DNA from: Escherichia coli
GTDB lineage: Bacteria > Pseudomonadota > Gammaproteobacteria > Enterobacterales > Enterobacteriaceae
DNA length: 64,000 nucleotides
Assembly: GCF_030013595.1 (NCBI RefSeq)
Contig: NZ_CP122768.1
Direction: 5' to 3' (one strand)
Position 1 is the stretch's first letter. Every line of letters starts with the position of its first letter. Shown here one piece after another: positions 12,683 to 24,395 of this stretch. The notes under the pieces were generated by a model, which did no database searches, was not told where the DNA came from, and worked only from the letters and a program-made list of their open reading frames with translations. The position numbers and the translations under genes were made by a program.

Positions 12683-13387
12683 ATGGGGCAGTTTTTTCCT
12701 CTTGCGTATGCAAGGGCGGCTCTGATAATGAACAGTAATATTTTACTGTTGAGCTTATGCTCACTGATCCTGCCGAGCAGGATGTTCAACGGTTCCAATA
12801 TATCCTGCCCCTTCCGCTTTTTAAAAGGATATTTTATGCATGAAAATATTTGGTTTACATATAAAGCCCGTATTCAAGCGCACCATAGACTAGAATGGCT
12901 TGAAAAACACTCTCAATTTATCCTCGTTTGGTATGCTATATTGAGTGCGGTACTTTCAATTATAACGTTACGATTTCCAAAATTTCTAGGAGATAATACA
13001 GATATCGTTGCGGCAATACTTTCAGTGGCTCTACTGGGTATTTCTCTGATCGTATCTAACCTAGATTATCGTGGTCGAGCAATAGCCATGAGAAGGAATT
13101 ATATTGCACTACAGAGACTCTATTTTGATATTAATAACGGCCAACAGTTAACTCTTGAACAGAAAGAAAAATATTTTAATTTGCTCAATGAGGTTGAGAA
13201 TCATCGTGACATAGATGATAAAGTTTCAAGGGTAACTCAAGTTGGACTTACGACTAGACTCCCCACACAAAAAGAAAAAATAATTGTTAAATTATGGATA
13301 TTACGTCGAATGTTTATTACTGTCGGCCTTTATATCCTCCCATTAATATGTCTTTGGATTGACTATGAATGCAAGCAGAGTTTTTAA
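12683..13387 (+). CDS. multi-helix membrane protein, partner of the reverse transcriptase
   Basis: 234-aa ORF with hydrophobic segments (ILLLSLCSLILPS, FILVWYAILSAVLSIITL, IVAAILSVALLGISLIVSNL, ITVGLYILPLICLWI); overlaps the RT gene; alternative start at 12836 also has an SD. Confidence 0.7.
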   Translation: MGQFFPLAYARAALIMNSNILLLSLCSLILPSRMFNGSNISCPFRFLKGYFMHENIWFTYKARIQAHHRLEWLEKHSQFILVWYAILSAVLSIITLRFPKFLGDNTDIVAAILSVALLGISLIVSNLDYRGRAIAMRRNYIALQRLYFDINNGQQLTLEQKEKYFNLLNEVENHRDIDDKVSRVTQVGLTTRLPTQKEKIIVKLWILRRMFITVGLYILPLICLWIDYECKQSF

Positions 13388-14735
13388 AAAGTCATTCTCG
13401 AAAAAAAACCTTCTAAAAGTATACAATGAAAAAATCAAAGAATCAGGAGCGATTGGCATAGATCGGATTCGTCCATCAAAACTTGATTTAACAATAAAGA
13501 ATGAGATCACTTTTATTTTTGAAAAGGTTAATTGTGGAAATTATAAATTTACAGCATATAAAGAAAAATTAATATCTAAAGGGGCTAACTCTATCCCCAG
13601 ACAGATTTCCATACCAACTGCCAGGGACAGAATTACCCTTAGGGCTCTCTGTGAATGCCTTACAGAAATATATCCTAACTCCAGATTAAAACTACCACAT
13701 ACAGTAATTGACTTATTGAAAAATGCATTAAACAGCGATCTATATGCTGAATATGCAAAAATAGATCTCAAAAGTTTCTATCCTTCAATTGAACATAAAT
13801 TGATATTTAATGCAATAAAAAATAAGATTAGAAAAAAAGAAATTAGGCAGTTAATAACATCATCATTAATCGTGCCTACTGTAAGTGGAAGTACAGGAAG
13901 CAAAGGTGTCCCTAATAATACCAGAGGAGTACCTCAGGGGTTAGCAATATCAAACATTTTAGCTGAAATATCACTATCTGATTTCGACAATGAAATCAAT
14001 AAAATGCATGACATATGGTACATGCGATACGTTGATGACATTCTTATTTTAACGCAAAAAGATCAAGCAACAAAAATTGCATCTCATATCATTGATAAGC
14101 TTCAATCATTAAATTTAAACCCACATCCATTAAATGAAGAGAACTCAAAATCCAAAGTAGGCAGCTTGGATGAAAGTTTCAACTTTTTGGGCTACCACAT
14201 AAAAAATCGAGAATTATTGATAAAACATGAGAGCATTCTTAGATTTGAGTCATCCTTAGCAAAAATTTTTACTGCATATAGACACGCTCTACTACAAGCT
14301 AAAAATAAGCGCGATAAAGAACGAGCTGTTGCATATTGTCAGTGGAAACTAAATCTTAGAATTACGGGGTGTGTGTTTGAAGGTAAACGATTGGGATGGG
14401 TATCGTACTTCTCACAAATAACGTCAACAGCTCAACTTCGAGCTGTTAATCATACGATCAATAATCTTATCCGCCGATTCGGCCTTTCATCAGAAATAAA
14501 ACCAAAGTCTTTGATTAAAACTTTCTATGAACTCCGCAGGGGTAGAGCGGAGACTTTTAAATACATACCTAACTTTGACAATCTACATATATCTCAGAAA
14601 CGAGAAATTGTTTCTATGTGGATAGGGAAAGAGAATGAAAAAAAACTTAGCAATAGTGAAATAGAGAGAAAATTTAAATTTAAAATTGCGAAATCAGTAA
14701 AAGAGCTTGAAGAGGACATTTCAGGGATATCATAG
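13365..14735 (+). CDS. reverse transcriptase (Abi/retron-like, family unassigned)
   Basis: RT motifs in canonical order: KIDLKSFYPSIEH, GVPQGLAISNILAEISL, YMRYVDDILIL, FNFLGYHI, plus a ~170-aa C-terminal extension; ATG at 13365 (TTG at 13359). Confidence 0.88.
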   Translation: MNASRVFKKSFSKKNLLKVYNEKIKESGAIGIDRIRPSKLDLTIKNEITFIFEKVNCGNYKFTAYKEKLISKGANSIPRQISIPTARDRITLRALCECLTEIYPNSRLKLPHTVIDLLKNALNSDLYAEYAKIDLKSFYPSIEHKLIFNAIKNKIRKKEIRQLITSSLIVPTVSGSTGSKGVPNNTRGVPQGLAISNILAEISLSDFDNEINKMHDIWYMRYVDDILILTQKDQATKIASHIIDKLQSLNLNPHPLNEENSKSKVGSLDESFNFLGYHIKNRELLIKHESILRFESSLAKIFTAYRHALLQAKNKRDKERAVAYCQWKLNLRITGCVFEGKRLGWVSYFSQITSTAQLRAVNHTINNLIRRFGLSSEIKPKSLIKTFYELRRGRAETFKYIPNFDNLHISQKREIVSMWIGKENEKKLSNSEIERKFKFKIAKSVKELEEDISGIS

Positions 14736-14847
14736 ATATGTAATCCATTAAATCCTTTATATATAAAGCAATAAACACACTATTTAAATTCACAAATCAG
14801 CCGCAGTATCCTGCCATGACAAGTTGCTGCGGCATATCACAAAACGA

Positions 14848-15432
14848 TTACTCCATAACAGGGACCGCAGGCCACTCAATATCAGGTGCAGTTGATGTAT
14901 CAACACGGTTCAGCAACACCCGATACTTTTTCCAGGCTTCCAGCAATGAGTTTTCTTCCTCCGTTGCGATTTCCAGATCTACAGCATCCTGAAGTGGCGC
15001 AATATGCTCACTGGCTACCTGCATCAGGTTGTTTTTTGTTTCTTCCGCCTCCCGGATCCGGAACAGTTTTTCTGCTTCCGTATCCTTCAACCAGGCTGTG
15101 CCGTTCCACTTCTGATATTCCCCTTCCGGCGATAACCAGGTAACATTTTCCGGTAACGGACCGAGTTCAGAAATAAATAACGCGTCGCCGGAAGCCACGT
15201 CATAAACCGTTTTACCCCGATGATCTTCAACGAGATGCCACGATGACTCATCACTGTTGAAAACAGCCACGAAGCCAGCCGGAATATCTGGCGGTGCAAT
15301 ATCGGTACTGTTTGCTGGCAGACCTGTATGAGGCGGAATATATGCGTCACCTTCACCAATAAATTCATTAGTTCCGGCCAGCAGATTATAAATTTTTATG
15401 GTCCGTGGTTGTTCACTCATTCTGAATGCCAT
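14848..15432 (-). CDS. tfa: tail fiber assembly protein
   Basis: 194-aa translation [37 protein letters not shown]... matches lambda Tfa as recalled. Confidence 0.92.
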   Translation of the reverse strand: MAFRMSEQPRTIKIYNLLAGTNEFIGEGDAYIPPHTGLPANSTDIAPPDIPAGFVAVFNSDESSWHLVEDHRGKTVYDVASGDALFISELGPLPENVTWLSPEGEYQKWNGTAWLKDTEAEKLFRIREAEETKNNLMQVASEHIAPLQDAVDLEIATEEENSLLEAWKKYRVLLNRVDTSTAPDIEWPAVPVME

Positions 15433-18400
15433 TATGCAAGCCTCACAATATAGTTAAATGCGATGTTTTTGACGGTGTTTTCCGCGTTACCAGCAGCGTT
15501 AACGGTGATGGTGTGTCCATGTGAACCAATCGCAACGGAGTGCGTGTGTGCACCAATACCGACAGTATGTGCGTGTGCACCTGCAGATGCTGCTGTGCCG
15601 GACAGTGAGTGGCTATGGTTACCATCTGTACTGGTATTAGCTAACGCCCCCGTAGACATACCTACTGAGCCTTGTACACCCCAGGTATTTTGACCTGAGC
15701 TTGTATAACCATATTGATAAGTATCTTTAAAAACACTGGGGTTAAATCGACGGCCATCTCTATGGCTGTGATTACCAGCTGCATTCGTGCTGCCACTTAA
15801 ACTATGGGTATGCGCACCAGTGTTATTCGTGGATTTAGTGCCGTAATCAAACGACGATGTGGTTTTCGTCCCCAAATCAGTACTGGATGCGCTGGCGCTG
15901 TGGGTATGCGATTTTATGCCGTCCTGTTCCTGAGACAATACGGCACGACCACTGGCGGGCTTGCCCTTAATCGTCCAGCCACGCATATCAGGGATCACGC
16001 CTGACGGATAAGCGGCTGCAAGTTTCGGGTAGGCAGATTTGTCAAAAGTCTGCCCCTGCATCAGGGCATAACCAGACGGAACGGTATCTGATGGCCACGG
16101 AATTGGTGCGCCAACTGGGTAGCTTTCTGGTGGAAGATTTTTCGAGGTATAAACTTCTGCCCAGCCTTCCTCAAAACCATAGCCATCTCTTGAGGAACGG
16201 TAGAACAGACCTCCATTTCTGTAATGCGCCTTCATCTGCAGGGTCCGGCAACTTCCGACTCCGGTATAGAAGTTAACCAGAATATAGCTGTCGCCAGAGC
16301 GGGTGACATTGTAAGCGCCTGATTCGGCATTCCAGGGAACGCCACCATCCGCATCGGCATATGTATCCGTTGCCCTTCTGGCAAAAGCAGCCACATGCGC
16401 GGCGGTTAAAGTAATATCTTTTGAACCATCAAACTCAACCCCAGAAACCAGTCTTGGCGTTTGCAGCTTTGTTGCTGTCAATGCGTTACCGTTCAGACTT
16501 GCAGACAGTTTGGTTCCAATAACCAGTTCGCCGGTTGCGTTATCAATAGCAAACGGTCTTAATGTATTCCAGCCACCATAAACATCACCTTGATTGGTAA
16601 GCAGCAGGTAAGTTTTAGCGCCATCATTACGCCATAATGCCCCATACTCCCCACCTATCATTCGAATCTGATTACCACCACGCGCTACAATTTCGTCTGT
16701 GGCAAAAAGTTTTTTGCACGACAAGTTATCGTTAACGATTAACGAATGGGACTCATAAAAACCACGCCCACTCTTAAAATCAAGGATAACGTCCGCCGCG
16801 ATACATTCAGTCGCCGGATTTGTTGCCCCAAACTTATAGGTCGTATCATTAACAACGAGATCAGCACCAGGTGCGGATATTGACAGGCCATCTTCGATAA
16901 ACGCAAAAACAGGGAAAGCAGCGCCATCAACATAGAACACAGAGCGCAAATCATCGCCCTTATTACTCATCATTATTGAGTGGATGGCTCGTTCATTGTT
17001 TTGATATTGCCAGAACATTCCATAAGCATAACGCCCCCTGTCAGTCCAGCCACCAGGCATAACAAATCCGTTAAACTCGCAGTTATTCATCGGATCGCCT
17101 GCGGTTCTCGTTGCCGTGGTGATAATGACCCTTGATGCCAGTTCGCTTACTGAGCCAGCAGAACGCATAACAACAACAGGGTAATATTTTCCAGATGTTG
17201 CACCTGCAGGAGCGTTAACCCGCACATAACGCATACCACGCTTATCAGCAAAGTCTGTTTTACTGACCGCGTTAATGTTGTTCAGGAAGCGTCCCTTATC
17301 GGGTATATCAGCGCCGTTCTGGTCTTTCTGCAGACGTTTCTCTGCATTGTCATAGGCTGATTTTACTGCCTTTGGCGTTGCCGCCAGCGTTTCAGACGAA
17401 CTGTTGGTCGCACAGCTGAGCTGTACTATCCCCTTTTTCGTCGTACTTGCATCCTCAAGCGCCACGGCGGATGCAATATCCTCTGCCCGTTTTGCCGCTG
17501 TCTCGGCGCGCGTTGCCGCGGATTCCGCCGTACTTTTGCTCTGTGCTGCCGCCGTCGCACTGCCAGCTGCCTCTGTCGCCTTCGTGGATGCTGTCGTGGC
17601 GCTGCCCTTCGCTGCGGACGCTTGTCTGGTCGCCTCATCTTTTGAAGCAGACGCCGATGATGCCGATGACGCCGCCGAACTGGCGGACGATGCAGCTGCC
17701 ATTTTTGAGGATTCTGCGCTGGTTTCCGACGCTTTCGCGTTCGTCTCGGATGTCTTCGCTGCGGAAGCAGACCTCGCTGCTGCGCTGGCCTGTTCAGTGG
17801 CTTCGCCAGCCTTCGTTGTGGCTGTTGAAGCAGACGATGCGGCACTTTCTGCCGATTTTCCGGCGGCGGTGGCACTGGCTGAGGCCTGCCCGGCACTTGT
17901 TGACGCGGCACTGGCAGACGACGCAGCCGCTGTTTTTGAGCCTGCCGCAGCCGAGGCGCTCTGTCCCGCTGCCGTTTCAGAAGACCTGGCGTTTGTCTCA
18001 GACGTCTTTGCCGCCTTCGCGGAATTGCCTGCCGCCGTTGCCGAGGAAGCGGCACTACTGGCGCTTGATGATGCGTTCGTTTCTGATGATTTCGCTGCCT
18101 CTTTTGAGGCCGCCGCATCCCGGGCTGAGGTGGCTGCTTCTGACGCCTTCGTGGTCGCGGCGGATGCAGAAGTTGCTGCTGATTGTTGTGACGCTGCCGC
18201 ATTCGTTTCTGACGTTTTCGCCGCAGCGGCACTGGTAGCTGCCGCGCTTTTTGAGGACTCTGCAGCAGCAGCACTTTTCGATGCTTCACTGGCCTTTGTT
18301 GATGCCGTTCCTGCGCTGGAAGATGCTGACTGAGCCGACGACGCGGCCTGTCCGGCTGACGTGCTGGCTGCGCGTGCTGAGCCTGCAGCATCAGTCGCAT

Positions 18401-18836
18401 GGGTTGCCGCCTCACGGGCTGATGTGCAGGCATCGCTGGCTGACTTCTTCGCGGCTGCCGTGTTCTGTGCCACCGCGGACGCGTTACGCGCCACCTCTTC
18501 CACCATCAGTTCAAAACGGCGCAGTGCCTCAGGACGGGCATCATCCTCCGTCATGGCACCGAGAAAATCATTCAGCGTACCGGGTCGGGAATCTTCATAC
18601 ACGGTGATGGTCCCGGCATGTGACGGCGGGAATCCCTCCACCAACAGAATAACGCTGTACTGCCCGTACTCAACGTCCATGCTGTAACGCCCGGCTTCAT
18701 CCGGATTTTCTGAGGCCAGCGTGTTCACCACCACCGTGGTGCTGTTACGTTTTGCTTTCAGCTGGATTGTGCAGTTCTGTACCGGTTTTCCTGTGCCGTC
18801 TTTCAGTACACCTGAAATCTTTACTGCCATATTCAC
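15432..18836 (-). CDS. stf: side tail fiber protein
   Basis: N-terminus [26 protein letters not shown] as in lambda Stf; long Ala/Ser-rich repeat region; C-terminal HxH repeats (GAHTHS, GNHSHS, GAHAHT, GSHGHT) and NYIVRLA end. Confidence 0.9.
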   Translation of the reverse strand: MNMAVKISGVLKDGTGKPVQNCTIQLKAKRNSTTVVVNTLASENPDEAGRYSMDVEYGQYSVILLVEGFPPSHAGTITVYEDSRPGTLNDFLGAMTEDDARPEALRRFELMVEEVARNASAVAQNTAAAKKSASDACTSAREAATHATDAAGSARAASTSAGQAASSAQSASSSAGTASTKASEASKSAAAAESSKSAAATSAAAAKTSETNAAASQQSAATSASAATTKASEAATSARDAAASKEAAKSSETNASSSASSAASSATAAGNSAKAAKTSETNARSSETAAGQSASAAAGSKTAAASSASAASTSAGQASASATAAGKSAESAASSASTATTKAGEATEQASAAARSASAAKTSETNAKASETSAESSKMAAASSASSAASSASSASASKDEATRQASAAKGSATTASTKATEAAGSATAAAQSKSTAESAATRAETAAKRAEDIASAVALEDASTTKKGIVQLSCATNSSSETLAATPKAVKSAYDNAEKRLQKDQNGADIPDKGRFLNNINAVSKTDFADKRGMRYVRVNAPAGATSGKYYPVVVMRSAGSVSELASRVIITTATRTAGDPMNNCEFNGFVMPGGWTDRGRYAYGMFWQYQNNERAIHSIMMSNKGDDLRSVFYVDGAAFPVFAFIEDGLSISAPGADLVVNDTTYKFGATNPATECIAADVILDFKSGRGFYESHSLIVNDNLSCKKLFATDEIVARGGNQIRMIGGEYGALWRNDGAKTYLLLTNQGDVYGGWNTLRPFAIDNATGELVIGTKLSASLNGNALTATKLQTPRLVSGVEFDGSKDITLTAAHVAAFARRATDTYADADGGVPWNAESGAYNVTRSGDSYILVNFYTGVGSCRTLQMKAHYRNGGLFYRSSRDGYGFEEGWAEVYTSKNLPPESYPVGAPIPWPSDTVPSGYALMQGQTFDKSAYPKLAAAYPSGVIPDMRGWTIKGKPASGRAVLSQEQDGIKSHTHSASASSTDLGTKTTSSFDYGTKSTNNTGAHTHSLSGSTNAAGNHSHRDGRRFNPSVFKDTYQYGYTSSGQNTWGVQGSVGMSTGALANTSTDGNHSHSLSGTAASAGAHAHTVGIGAHTHSVAIGSHGHTITVNAAGNAENTVKNIAFNYIVRLA

Positions 18837-18837
18837 C

Positions 18838-18868
18838 CCACAAAAAAGCCCGCCTGAACCGGCGGGCT
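18838..18868 (-). terminator. rho-independent terminator downstream of lom
   Basis: AGCCCGCC / GGCGGGCT stem followed on the minus strand by TTTTTT. Confidence 0.5.
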
Positions 18869-18894
18869 GTCATAACACTGTGTTACCTGGCTAA

Positions 18895-19494
18895 TCAGAA
18901 TTTATAACCGACACCCACAATGAAACCGTCAGTGCGCCAGTCACCACTGCCGGAGCCTTCATAAGCAATATCAATGGCCACGGATTCGGTCGGGTTAACC
19001 TGCACGCCAGCTCCCCACGCCAGAGACGTGTTGCTGTGGCGACCGTCATCACTTCCGGTCAGCACGTCGTGCGTTTTCCCCTTGTTGTCAGTTACGCGGA
19101 GATAATCCCCGGAGAAAGTCGACACACGGCTGTAAGCCACACCCGCCATCGCATACGCGCTGAACCATTCATTCACGCGCACAGACGGCCCCGCCATTAC
19201 GCTGAACCAGCGGTTACGAACGGAATCTTCATGCCAGCTGGTATCGCTGTAATGCGTTTTTTGCTCATCTCCAGCGTTGGCATAACTGAATGACGTAATC
19301 AGCCCCAGCGTGTCCGTAAACTCATAACGGTATTTCACGTTAATCCCGTTCAGATTATCGCTGCCGGGAGCGTTCGTACGGGCATGAAGATACCCTGCGC
19401 TCAGTGTGGCCTGCTGCTCAGACGCCCATGCAGGCGCACCGGATACGGCCAGACAGATGGCTGCGGACAAAATGGCTGCACAAACTTTACGCAT
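18895..19494 (-). CDS. lom: Lom-like outer membrane protein
   Basis: 199-aa ORF with signal peptide (MRKVCAAILSAAICLAVSGAPAWA), C-terminal VGVGYKF, Ail/Lom-type beta-barrel. Confidence 0.88.
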   Translation of the reverse strand: MRKVCAAILSAAICLAVSGAPAWASEQQATLSAGYLHARTNAPGSDNLNGINVKYRYEFTDTLGLITSFSYANAGDEQKTHYSDTSWHEDSVRNRWFSVMAGPSVRVNEWFSAYAMAGVAYSRVSTFSGDYLRVTDNKGKTHDVLTGSDDGRHSNTSLAWGAGVQVNPTESVAIDIAYEGSGSGDWRTDGFIVGVGYKF

Positions 19495-19517
19495 AATTAC
19501 CTCTCGCTTTTCTGCAA

Positions 19518-19543
19518 TAAAAAAGGCGCCATTTCTGGCGCCC
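19518..19543 (-). terminator. rho-independent terminator downstream of J
   Basis: GGCGCC-ATTTCT-GGCGCC hairpin followed on the minus strand by a T-run; position corresponds to a post-J terminator. Confidence 0.55.
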
Positions 19544-19561
19544 GTATATGGGTTATAAAAT

Positions 19562-22500
19562 TCAGCTGATACTGATGCCTGCGGTGGCTTTCTTCATCAC
19601 CACAACCAGCAAATCGCTGATACTTGCTGTGGGATACCAGTCATTTACCAGCCATGATGACACCGAAAACTCCAGCGTCATGTGGCCGCGACCAGCTGGC
19701 ATATCAATAACACCACTGTAAATCAGCGTATTATCCAGCGCGGTACGGTTATAAATTTCAGCACCGTTTTTCCGTACTATCAGGCGGCATGACGAATAAA
19801 TATCGTTATTCTCCCTCTCATGTTTAGCGCCGCTGAATGCCACCGCCGGAATAACAATCTGCCGGTCAAACGGCTGATCGTCATAAACCCTGACGGTGAT
19901 GGTCCCTGATGGCCACCGTTCCGGTGCACGGGAGTCCCGGGGGAAAGCTTTGCCCACTGTTTTAACGAGATCGCCTTCAATCTGGTTGGCGGACAGTTTT
20001 CCCAGAACCCGACAGTTCTCGTTAATCGTGACGTTGTTGAGCGTCCCGGAGTTCGCATTCACGTTACCGCTGATATCGGCATTTTTCGCCGTCAGCCGCC
20101 CGTCCGGTGTCAGGGAAAATACCGGAGGATTACCGCCGCTGGTAATGGTGGGAGCCGTCAGGCGTTTCAGGAACACGTCGTTCATGAATATCTGATCGCC
20201 CTGCCCAACAAACATCGGCTTTGTGTTGCCATTCGCAGGATTAATCATCGCAATCCTGTCTGCCGCCAGCAGCACCTGACTCTGCATGCCGTCAGGGGTG
20301 TTCTCAATACCGGCACCAATACCCGCGATATAAAGGCGTCCGTCCTGCATCTGCTGCAGCTTCACAGCCCACATGCTGTTCAGGTTATTATTTGTATCAA
20401 CCTGAACCTGCTGTATCTGCTGAATTGCCGCACTCTGGTCTTCCAGTTTCTTATTGACGGTCTGCGTGATTTCATTGCTGACATCCGTAATGGACGTCCT
20501 GATTTCAGCCAGGTCAGGCGCAAGCTGACCGTTATCAATCTGCGTCCACAGCTCCTGAGCCAGATGGGTTTTCCCTATCTCGCCTTTGAAAAAATCCAGA
20601 TAGCCGGATGCGTCATCACTCGGCTGACCAACAGCCTCCACGAATGCCGATTTGCCAACGGTGTTCACACTGCGAACGTAAAAATAATAATTATGGCCCG
20701 GCCTGATATTGATACTGGCGGCTATCCAGTACAGCGCCGTGCCAAGATAGCGTGCTGTGGTTTCAACCTGCCTGATATCCGCAATCCGCTTTTCCGAGAA
20801 CCAGAACTCAAACTGTACCGTCGGATCATAAACCGCAAGATGCGGCGTGGCGGTTATCTGAAAATAGCCCGGCGTCAGCTCAATCCGCGACGGCGCTGCC
20901 GGTGCGGCAATCCGGAACGATACCGACGCCGGATCGCCCTGCTGCCCCCACGCATTTACTGCCCGGACTGTCAGCCTGTAGTTCCCCAGCGCCAGTTGTG
21001 TGAAGCAGTAAGTGGTTTCCGTCGTCCGGGCCGTGCTGACCAGCCGCTCACTGCCGTCATCCGCTGCCACGGTCAGGCGAAGCAGGAAGCTCACGCCCTT
21101 CACCACCTTCGGCGTGTCCCAGCGCGCCAGCACCTGATATTCCCCGCTGTCTGCGGTGACTTCGGCAGTCAGGTGCTGCACTGCTGGCGGCGTGACACCA
21201 TTCACCGTGGCGCTCTGGTCACCGTCAAAGTGCGCCCCGTTATCCACGATGGCTTCTTTTTCCGGTACATGCTGCACGGCGGTGATGGCATACGTGCCGC
21301 CGTCGTTCTCACGGATACTCACGCAGCGGAACAGGCGCTGGCGCAGCGTCGGCAGCTTCAGCCCCCACACGCTGTATTCAGCAACACCGTCAGGAACACG
21401 GCTCACTTTCACCTTCACGCCGTCGGTGACGGACTGAACCTCCACGCTGACCGGATTGCCACTTCCGTCAACCAGGCTTATCAGCGTGGTACCGGAGGAT
21501 GGCAGCGTGATTTCACGGTCGAGCGTCAGCGTCCGGGTCTGGCTGTTCACCGCCAGCACGCGCCCGCCGGTGCTGATACCGGCATAGTCATCATCGCAGA
21601 TTTCAATGACATCGCCCGGTACATGGCGAAGCCCCTCAGCACCCACGCTGAAGTCCACGGTCTGCGTTTCCAGCAGCTCCGTTTTAATCAGCCACAGCCC
21701 GGCGCGGTGTGCCTGCCCCCGGCTGGTACAGCCAAAGGCATCCATCTTCGTGACGTTACGACCGTAACGGACAATGGCCTGCGTATCCTCCACAAGCTCT
21801 GTCGCCGTCTCCTGGCCGTTGTTCGGGTCAATCCAGTTCACCTCAACGGCATTATGGCGGTCCTTCAGGGCGCTGAAGCTGTAGCGGAACGGCGCGCCAT
21901 CATCCGGCATCACCACATTACTGCGGTTATAGGTCCACACCTTATCCGACGGTCGGTCCTGCACGAACGTCAGCGTCTGCCCGTTCCATACCGGCATACA
22001 GCGCATCGCCGAGCAGAAATCACTGAGTACATCCCACGCCTTGCGCTGTGTGGTCAGGTAAGCGTTACAGGTGATGCGCGGCTCCGTGCCGCCAGAGCCG
22101 TCCGGCACCAACTGGTCGCAGTACTGACCGATGACATACAGTGCCCATTTATCCACATCTGCCGCACCAAGACGTTTCCCCATGCCGTAGCGCGGATGGG
22201 TCAGCATATCCCACAGACACCAGGCCATGTTGTTGCTGTATGCTGGCTTTAACGTTCCGTCCCAGATACCGCTGTATTGCCGCGTCTGCGGGTTATAGTT
22301 CGACGGCACCTGCAGAATGCGCCCGCGAAGATGATAATTACGGCTCACCTGCTGGCTGCCGAACTGCTCCGAGTCCACCTGCACGCCAACCAGTGCCGTG
22401 TTCGGGTAGCACTGTTTCACATCGATGATTTCGGTGTATGACGACCAGAGCGTTTTGTTCTGCAGCTGGTCTGTGGTGCTGTCCGGCGTCATCCTGCGCA

Positions 22501-23041
22501 TCCGGATATTAAACGGACGCGGCGGCAGATTATCCACCACTACCGAGGCCAGATACTGCGAGGTGGTTTTGCCCTTAATGGTGATGTCTTTTTCCGTCAC
22601 CCAGCCACCGTTACGCTGTATCTGAACCAGCAGGCGAACTTCCGACGGATTCCGGTCCCCCTTTGAGGTGGTTTCCACCAGTGCCTGCACGCCGAAAGTA
22701 AAACGCAGACGGTCAATGTTTGCCGACGTGATGGTCCGGGTGATCGGCGTGTCATATTTCACTTCCGTACCCAGCACCGTCTCGGAGCCGGAGGATTCAA
22801 ACCCCTCCGGCGGTATCTGCTCCTGCTCACCGGCCCGGAACACCACCGTGACACCGGAGATGTTGGTATTCCCCTCACTGTCCAGCACCGGCGTGCTGTT
22901 CAGCAGCACGCTTTTTAATCCATCCACCGGACCTTCAATCGGCCCTTCGCTGATTGCATCAATCACACTCAGCAACTGCGTGGACTTCAGATTGTCCTTC
23001 GCTTCGCGCGGGGTATGCCCCTTACTGCTGCCTTTACCCAT
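19562..23041 (-). CDS. J: host specificity / central tail fiber protein J
   Basis: 1159-aa ORF in the lambda J position and of similar size. Confidence 0.92.
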   Translation of the reverse strand: MGKGSSKGHTPREAKDNLKSTQLLSVIDAISEGPIEGPVDGLKSVLLNSTPVLDSEGNTNISGVTVVFRAGEQEQIPPEGFESSGSETVLGTEVKYDTPITRTITSANIDRLRFTFGVQALVETTSKGDRNPSEVRLLVQIQRNGGWVTEKDITIKGKTTSQYLASVVVDNLPPRPFNIRMRRMTPDSTTDQLQNKTLWSSYTEIIDVKQCYPNTALVGVQVDSEQFGSQQVSRNYHLRGRILQVPSNYNPQTRQYSGIWDGTLKPAYSNNMAWCLWDMLTHPRYGMGKRLGAADVDKWALYVIGQYCDQLVPDGSGGTEPRITCNAYLTTQRKAWDVLSDFCSAMRCMPVWNGQTLTFVQDRPSDKVWTYNRSNVVMPDDGAPFRYSFSALKDRHNAVEVNWIDPNNGQETATELVEDTQAIVRYGRNVTKMDAFGCTSRGQAHRAGLWLIKTELLETQTVDFSVGAEGLRHVPGDVIEICDDDYAGISTGGRVLAVNSQTRTLTLDREITLPSSGTTLISLVDGSGNPVSVEVQSVTDGVKVKVSRVPDGVAEYSVWGLKLPTLRQRLFRCVSIRENDGGTYAITAVQHVPEKEAIVDNGAHFDGDQSATVNGVTPPAVQHLTAEVTADSGEYQVLARWDTPKVVKGVSFLLRLTVAADDGSERLVSTARTTETTYCFTQLALGNYRLTVRAVNAWGQQGDPASVSFRIAAPAAPSRIELTPGYFQITATPHLAVYDPTVQFEFWFSEKRIADIRQVETTARYLGTALYWIAASINIRPGHNYYFYVRSVNTVGKSAFVEAVGQPSDDASGYLDFFKGEIGKTHLAQELWTQIDNGQLAPDLAEIRTSITDVSNEITQTVNKKLEDQSAAIQQIQQVQVDTNNNLNSMWAVKLQQMQDGRLYIAGIGAGIENTPDGMQSQVLLAADRIAMINPANGNTKPMFVGQGDQIFMNDVFLKRLTAPTITSGGNPPVFSLTPDGRLTAKNADISGNVNANSGTLNNVTINENCRVLGKLSANQIEGDLVKTVGKAFPRDSRAPERWPSGTITVRVYDDQPFDRQIVIPAVAFSGAKHERENNDIYSSCRLIVRKNGAEIYNRTALDNTLIYSGVIDMPAGRGHMTLEFSVSSWLVNDWYPTASISDLLVVVMKKATAGISIS

Positions 23042-23101
23042 GTCTCAGACCCCATAAACGACAAAACCGCCCGAAGGCGGTTTCACATAAAACATTTTGC
23101 A

Positions 23102-23749
23102 TCAGCGACCAATCACCACAACCGGACCACCGTCCCCTTCATCTGCCGTGCTGATCTCCTGAGAAACCACACGAGACCCCACACGCATTTCACCGTACAG
23201 AACGGGCAGAACATTGCCCTGGGCAACCATGTTATCCAGTGACGAGAAATACGTGTTCTGTTTGCCGTTATCTGTACTGGCTGCCGTGGGCGTCCTGGCT
23301 TTCGGTGCCAGCATCTGCGCCACACCACCCAGGATCATACTGGCCCCTGCTGCATACAGACCCGATACAGCCGCGGCCCCCAGCCAGCCAACAGGGCTCC
23401 ACCATGCCACCGCAATCAGCGCCGCACCCAGCACCGCCTGAAACACACCGCCACTTTTGGCACCCGCCAGACGCGGCACGATGTGGATCACGGCACCATT
23501 TGCCAGCGGCTCATTAAGACGGGCAGACAATTCGGTTTCACCTGCATCACGCCCGGCAATGCGTACCTGGTACCAGCCGTCGCTCAGTTTCTGACGAAAC
23601 GCCGGGATCTGCATAGCCAGCGCCCGGATGGCTTCGGCCCCCGTTTTCACTCGAAGGTCGATGCGGCGGCCAAATCGTTGTAAATCCCCGTAAAGGCAGA
23701 TGCGTGCCATGCCCGGTGACGCCAGAGGGAGTGTGTGCGTCGCTGCCAT
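23102..23749 (-). CDS. I: tail assembly protein I
   Basis: MAATHTLPLASPGMARICLYGDLQRFGRRIDLRVKTGAEAIRAL... matches lambda gpI. Confidence 0.9.
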   Translation of the reverse strand: MAATHTLPLASPGMARICLYGDLQRFGRRIDLRVKTGAEAIRALAMQIPAFRQKLSDGWYQVRIAGRDAGETELSARLNEPLANGAVIHIVPRLAGAKSGGVFQAVLGAALIAVAWWSPVGWLGAAAVSGLYAAGASMILGGVAQMLAPKARTPTAASTDNGKQNTYFSSLDNMVAQGNVLPVLYGEMRVGSRVVSQEISTADEGDGGPVVVIGR

Positions 23750-24390
23750 TTGTCGGTGTACCTCTCTCGTTTGCTCAGTTGTTCAGGAATATGGTGCAGC
23801 AGCTCGCTGTCACCACAGTAAATGGCGGCATGATTCGGCACCGATGAACCAAAACAGCACAGCAGCACATCGCCCGGCTGCGCCGCTGACAACGGCACCT
23901 GATACAGCCCTGTGGCCTCCAGATTATCCAGATAGAGATTCTGACCGTTACGCCACCAGTCATCCCCGCGATGAAAATCCGGCATCTCAATCCCCGCCAG
24001 ATGGTAAGCATCCCGGAACAGCGTGTAACAGTCCGTCACCCCGTGCTCAAAGCGCCGCCCGGTGAGATGCGGCACACAGCGGAATTTATGAATCTCACCC
24101 CGGCAGACCAGCCACCACGGCAAATCACTCTGCACCTGCAGCCGCCGGTCAGCCTCACTCAGCCAGGGCAGACCACCGGGGTGGCTGTGGACCAGCGCCA
24201 CAATCTCACCCTGCATTTCTGCCCGCAGCCAGTCCTCCGGCGACATCCGGAAATACTCCTCCGGCTCACCGGAGATATTCACGCAGGGAAAATATCTTTC
24301 TCCCTCCGGCGTTCTCACCACGAAGCCGCACGACTCCGCTGGCGCACATCGCCGGGCGTGCGCCAGAATCGCTGATTCTGTTTCTGTCAT
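23647..24390 (-). CDS. K: tail assembly protein K (NlpC/P60-like)
   Basis: MTETESAILAHARRCAPAESCGFVV... in the lambda K position; overlaps I. Confidence 0.88.
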   Translation of the reverse strand: MTETESAILAHARRCAPAESCGFVVRTPEGERYFPCVNISGEPEEYFRMSPEDWLRAEMQGEIVALVHSHPGGLPWLSEADRRLQVQSDLPWWLVCRGEIHKFRCVPHLTGRRFEHGVTDCYTLFRDAYHLAGIEMPDFHRGDDWWRNGQNLYLDNLEATGLYQVPLSAAQPGDVLLCCFGSSVPNHAAIYCGDSELLHHIPEQLSKRERYTDKWQRRTHSLWRHRAWHASAFTGIYNDLAAASTFE

Positions 24391-24395
24391 GGGAT

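Noticed and set aside
12592-13364. Possible retron-type msr/msd ncRNA upstream of, or overlapping, the RT partner gene
   Set aside because: I looked for the long flanking inverted repeats (a1/a2) and stem-loops characteristic of retron ncRNAs and found only a short CTTGC-GTAT-GCAAG hairpin inside the membrane-protein ORF. This is not enough to call an ncRNA, and it remains open pending RNA data.
14736-14847. Possible bidirectional terminator between the convergent RT and tfa genes
   Set aside because: The GCCGCAG...CTGCGGC repeat has a ~20-nt loop and no clear U-tract on either strand; too weak to annotate.
17404-18687. Several long ORFs on both strands (309, 335, 263, 118, 108 aa) overlapping the middle of stf
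   Set aside because: They lie in the GC-rich Ala/Ser repeat region of the tail fibre gene. Their translations are low-complexity (poly-Ala, Arg/Pro/Gln-rich), which is what repetitive GCN-rich coding DNA gives on the opposite strand and in other frames. The stf frame is the only one with recognisable N- and C-terminal homology.
20564-22252. 562-aa ORF antisense to gene J
   Set aside because: It is embedded entirely within the J coding region on the opposite strand, and its Arg/His/Pro-rich composition is typical of antisense translation of a high-GC gene.
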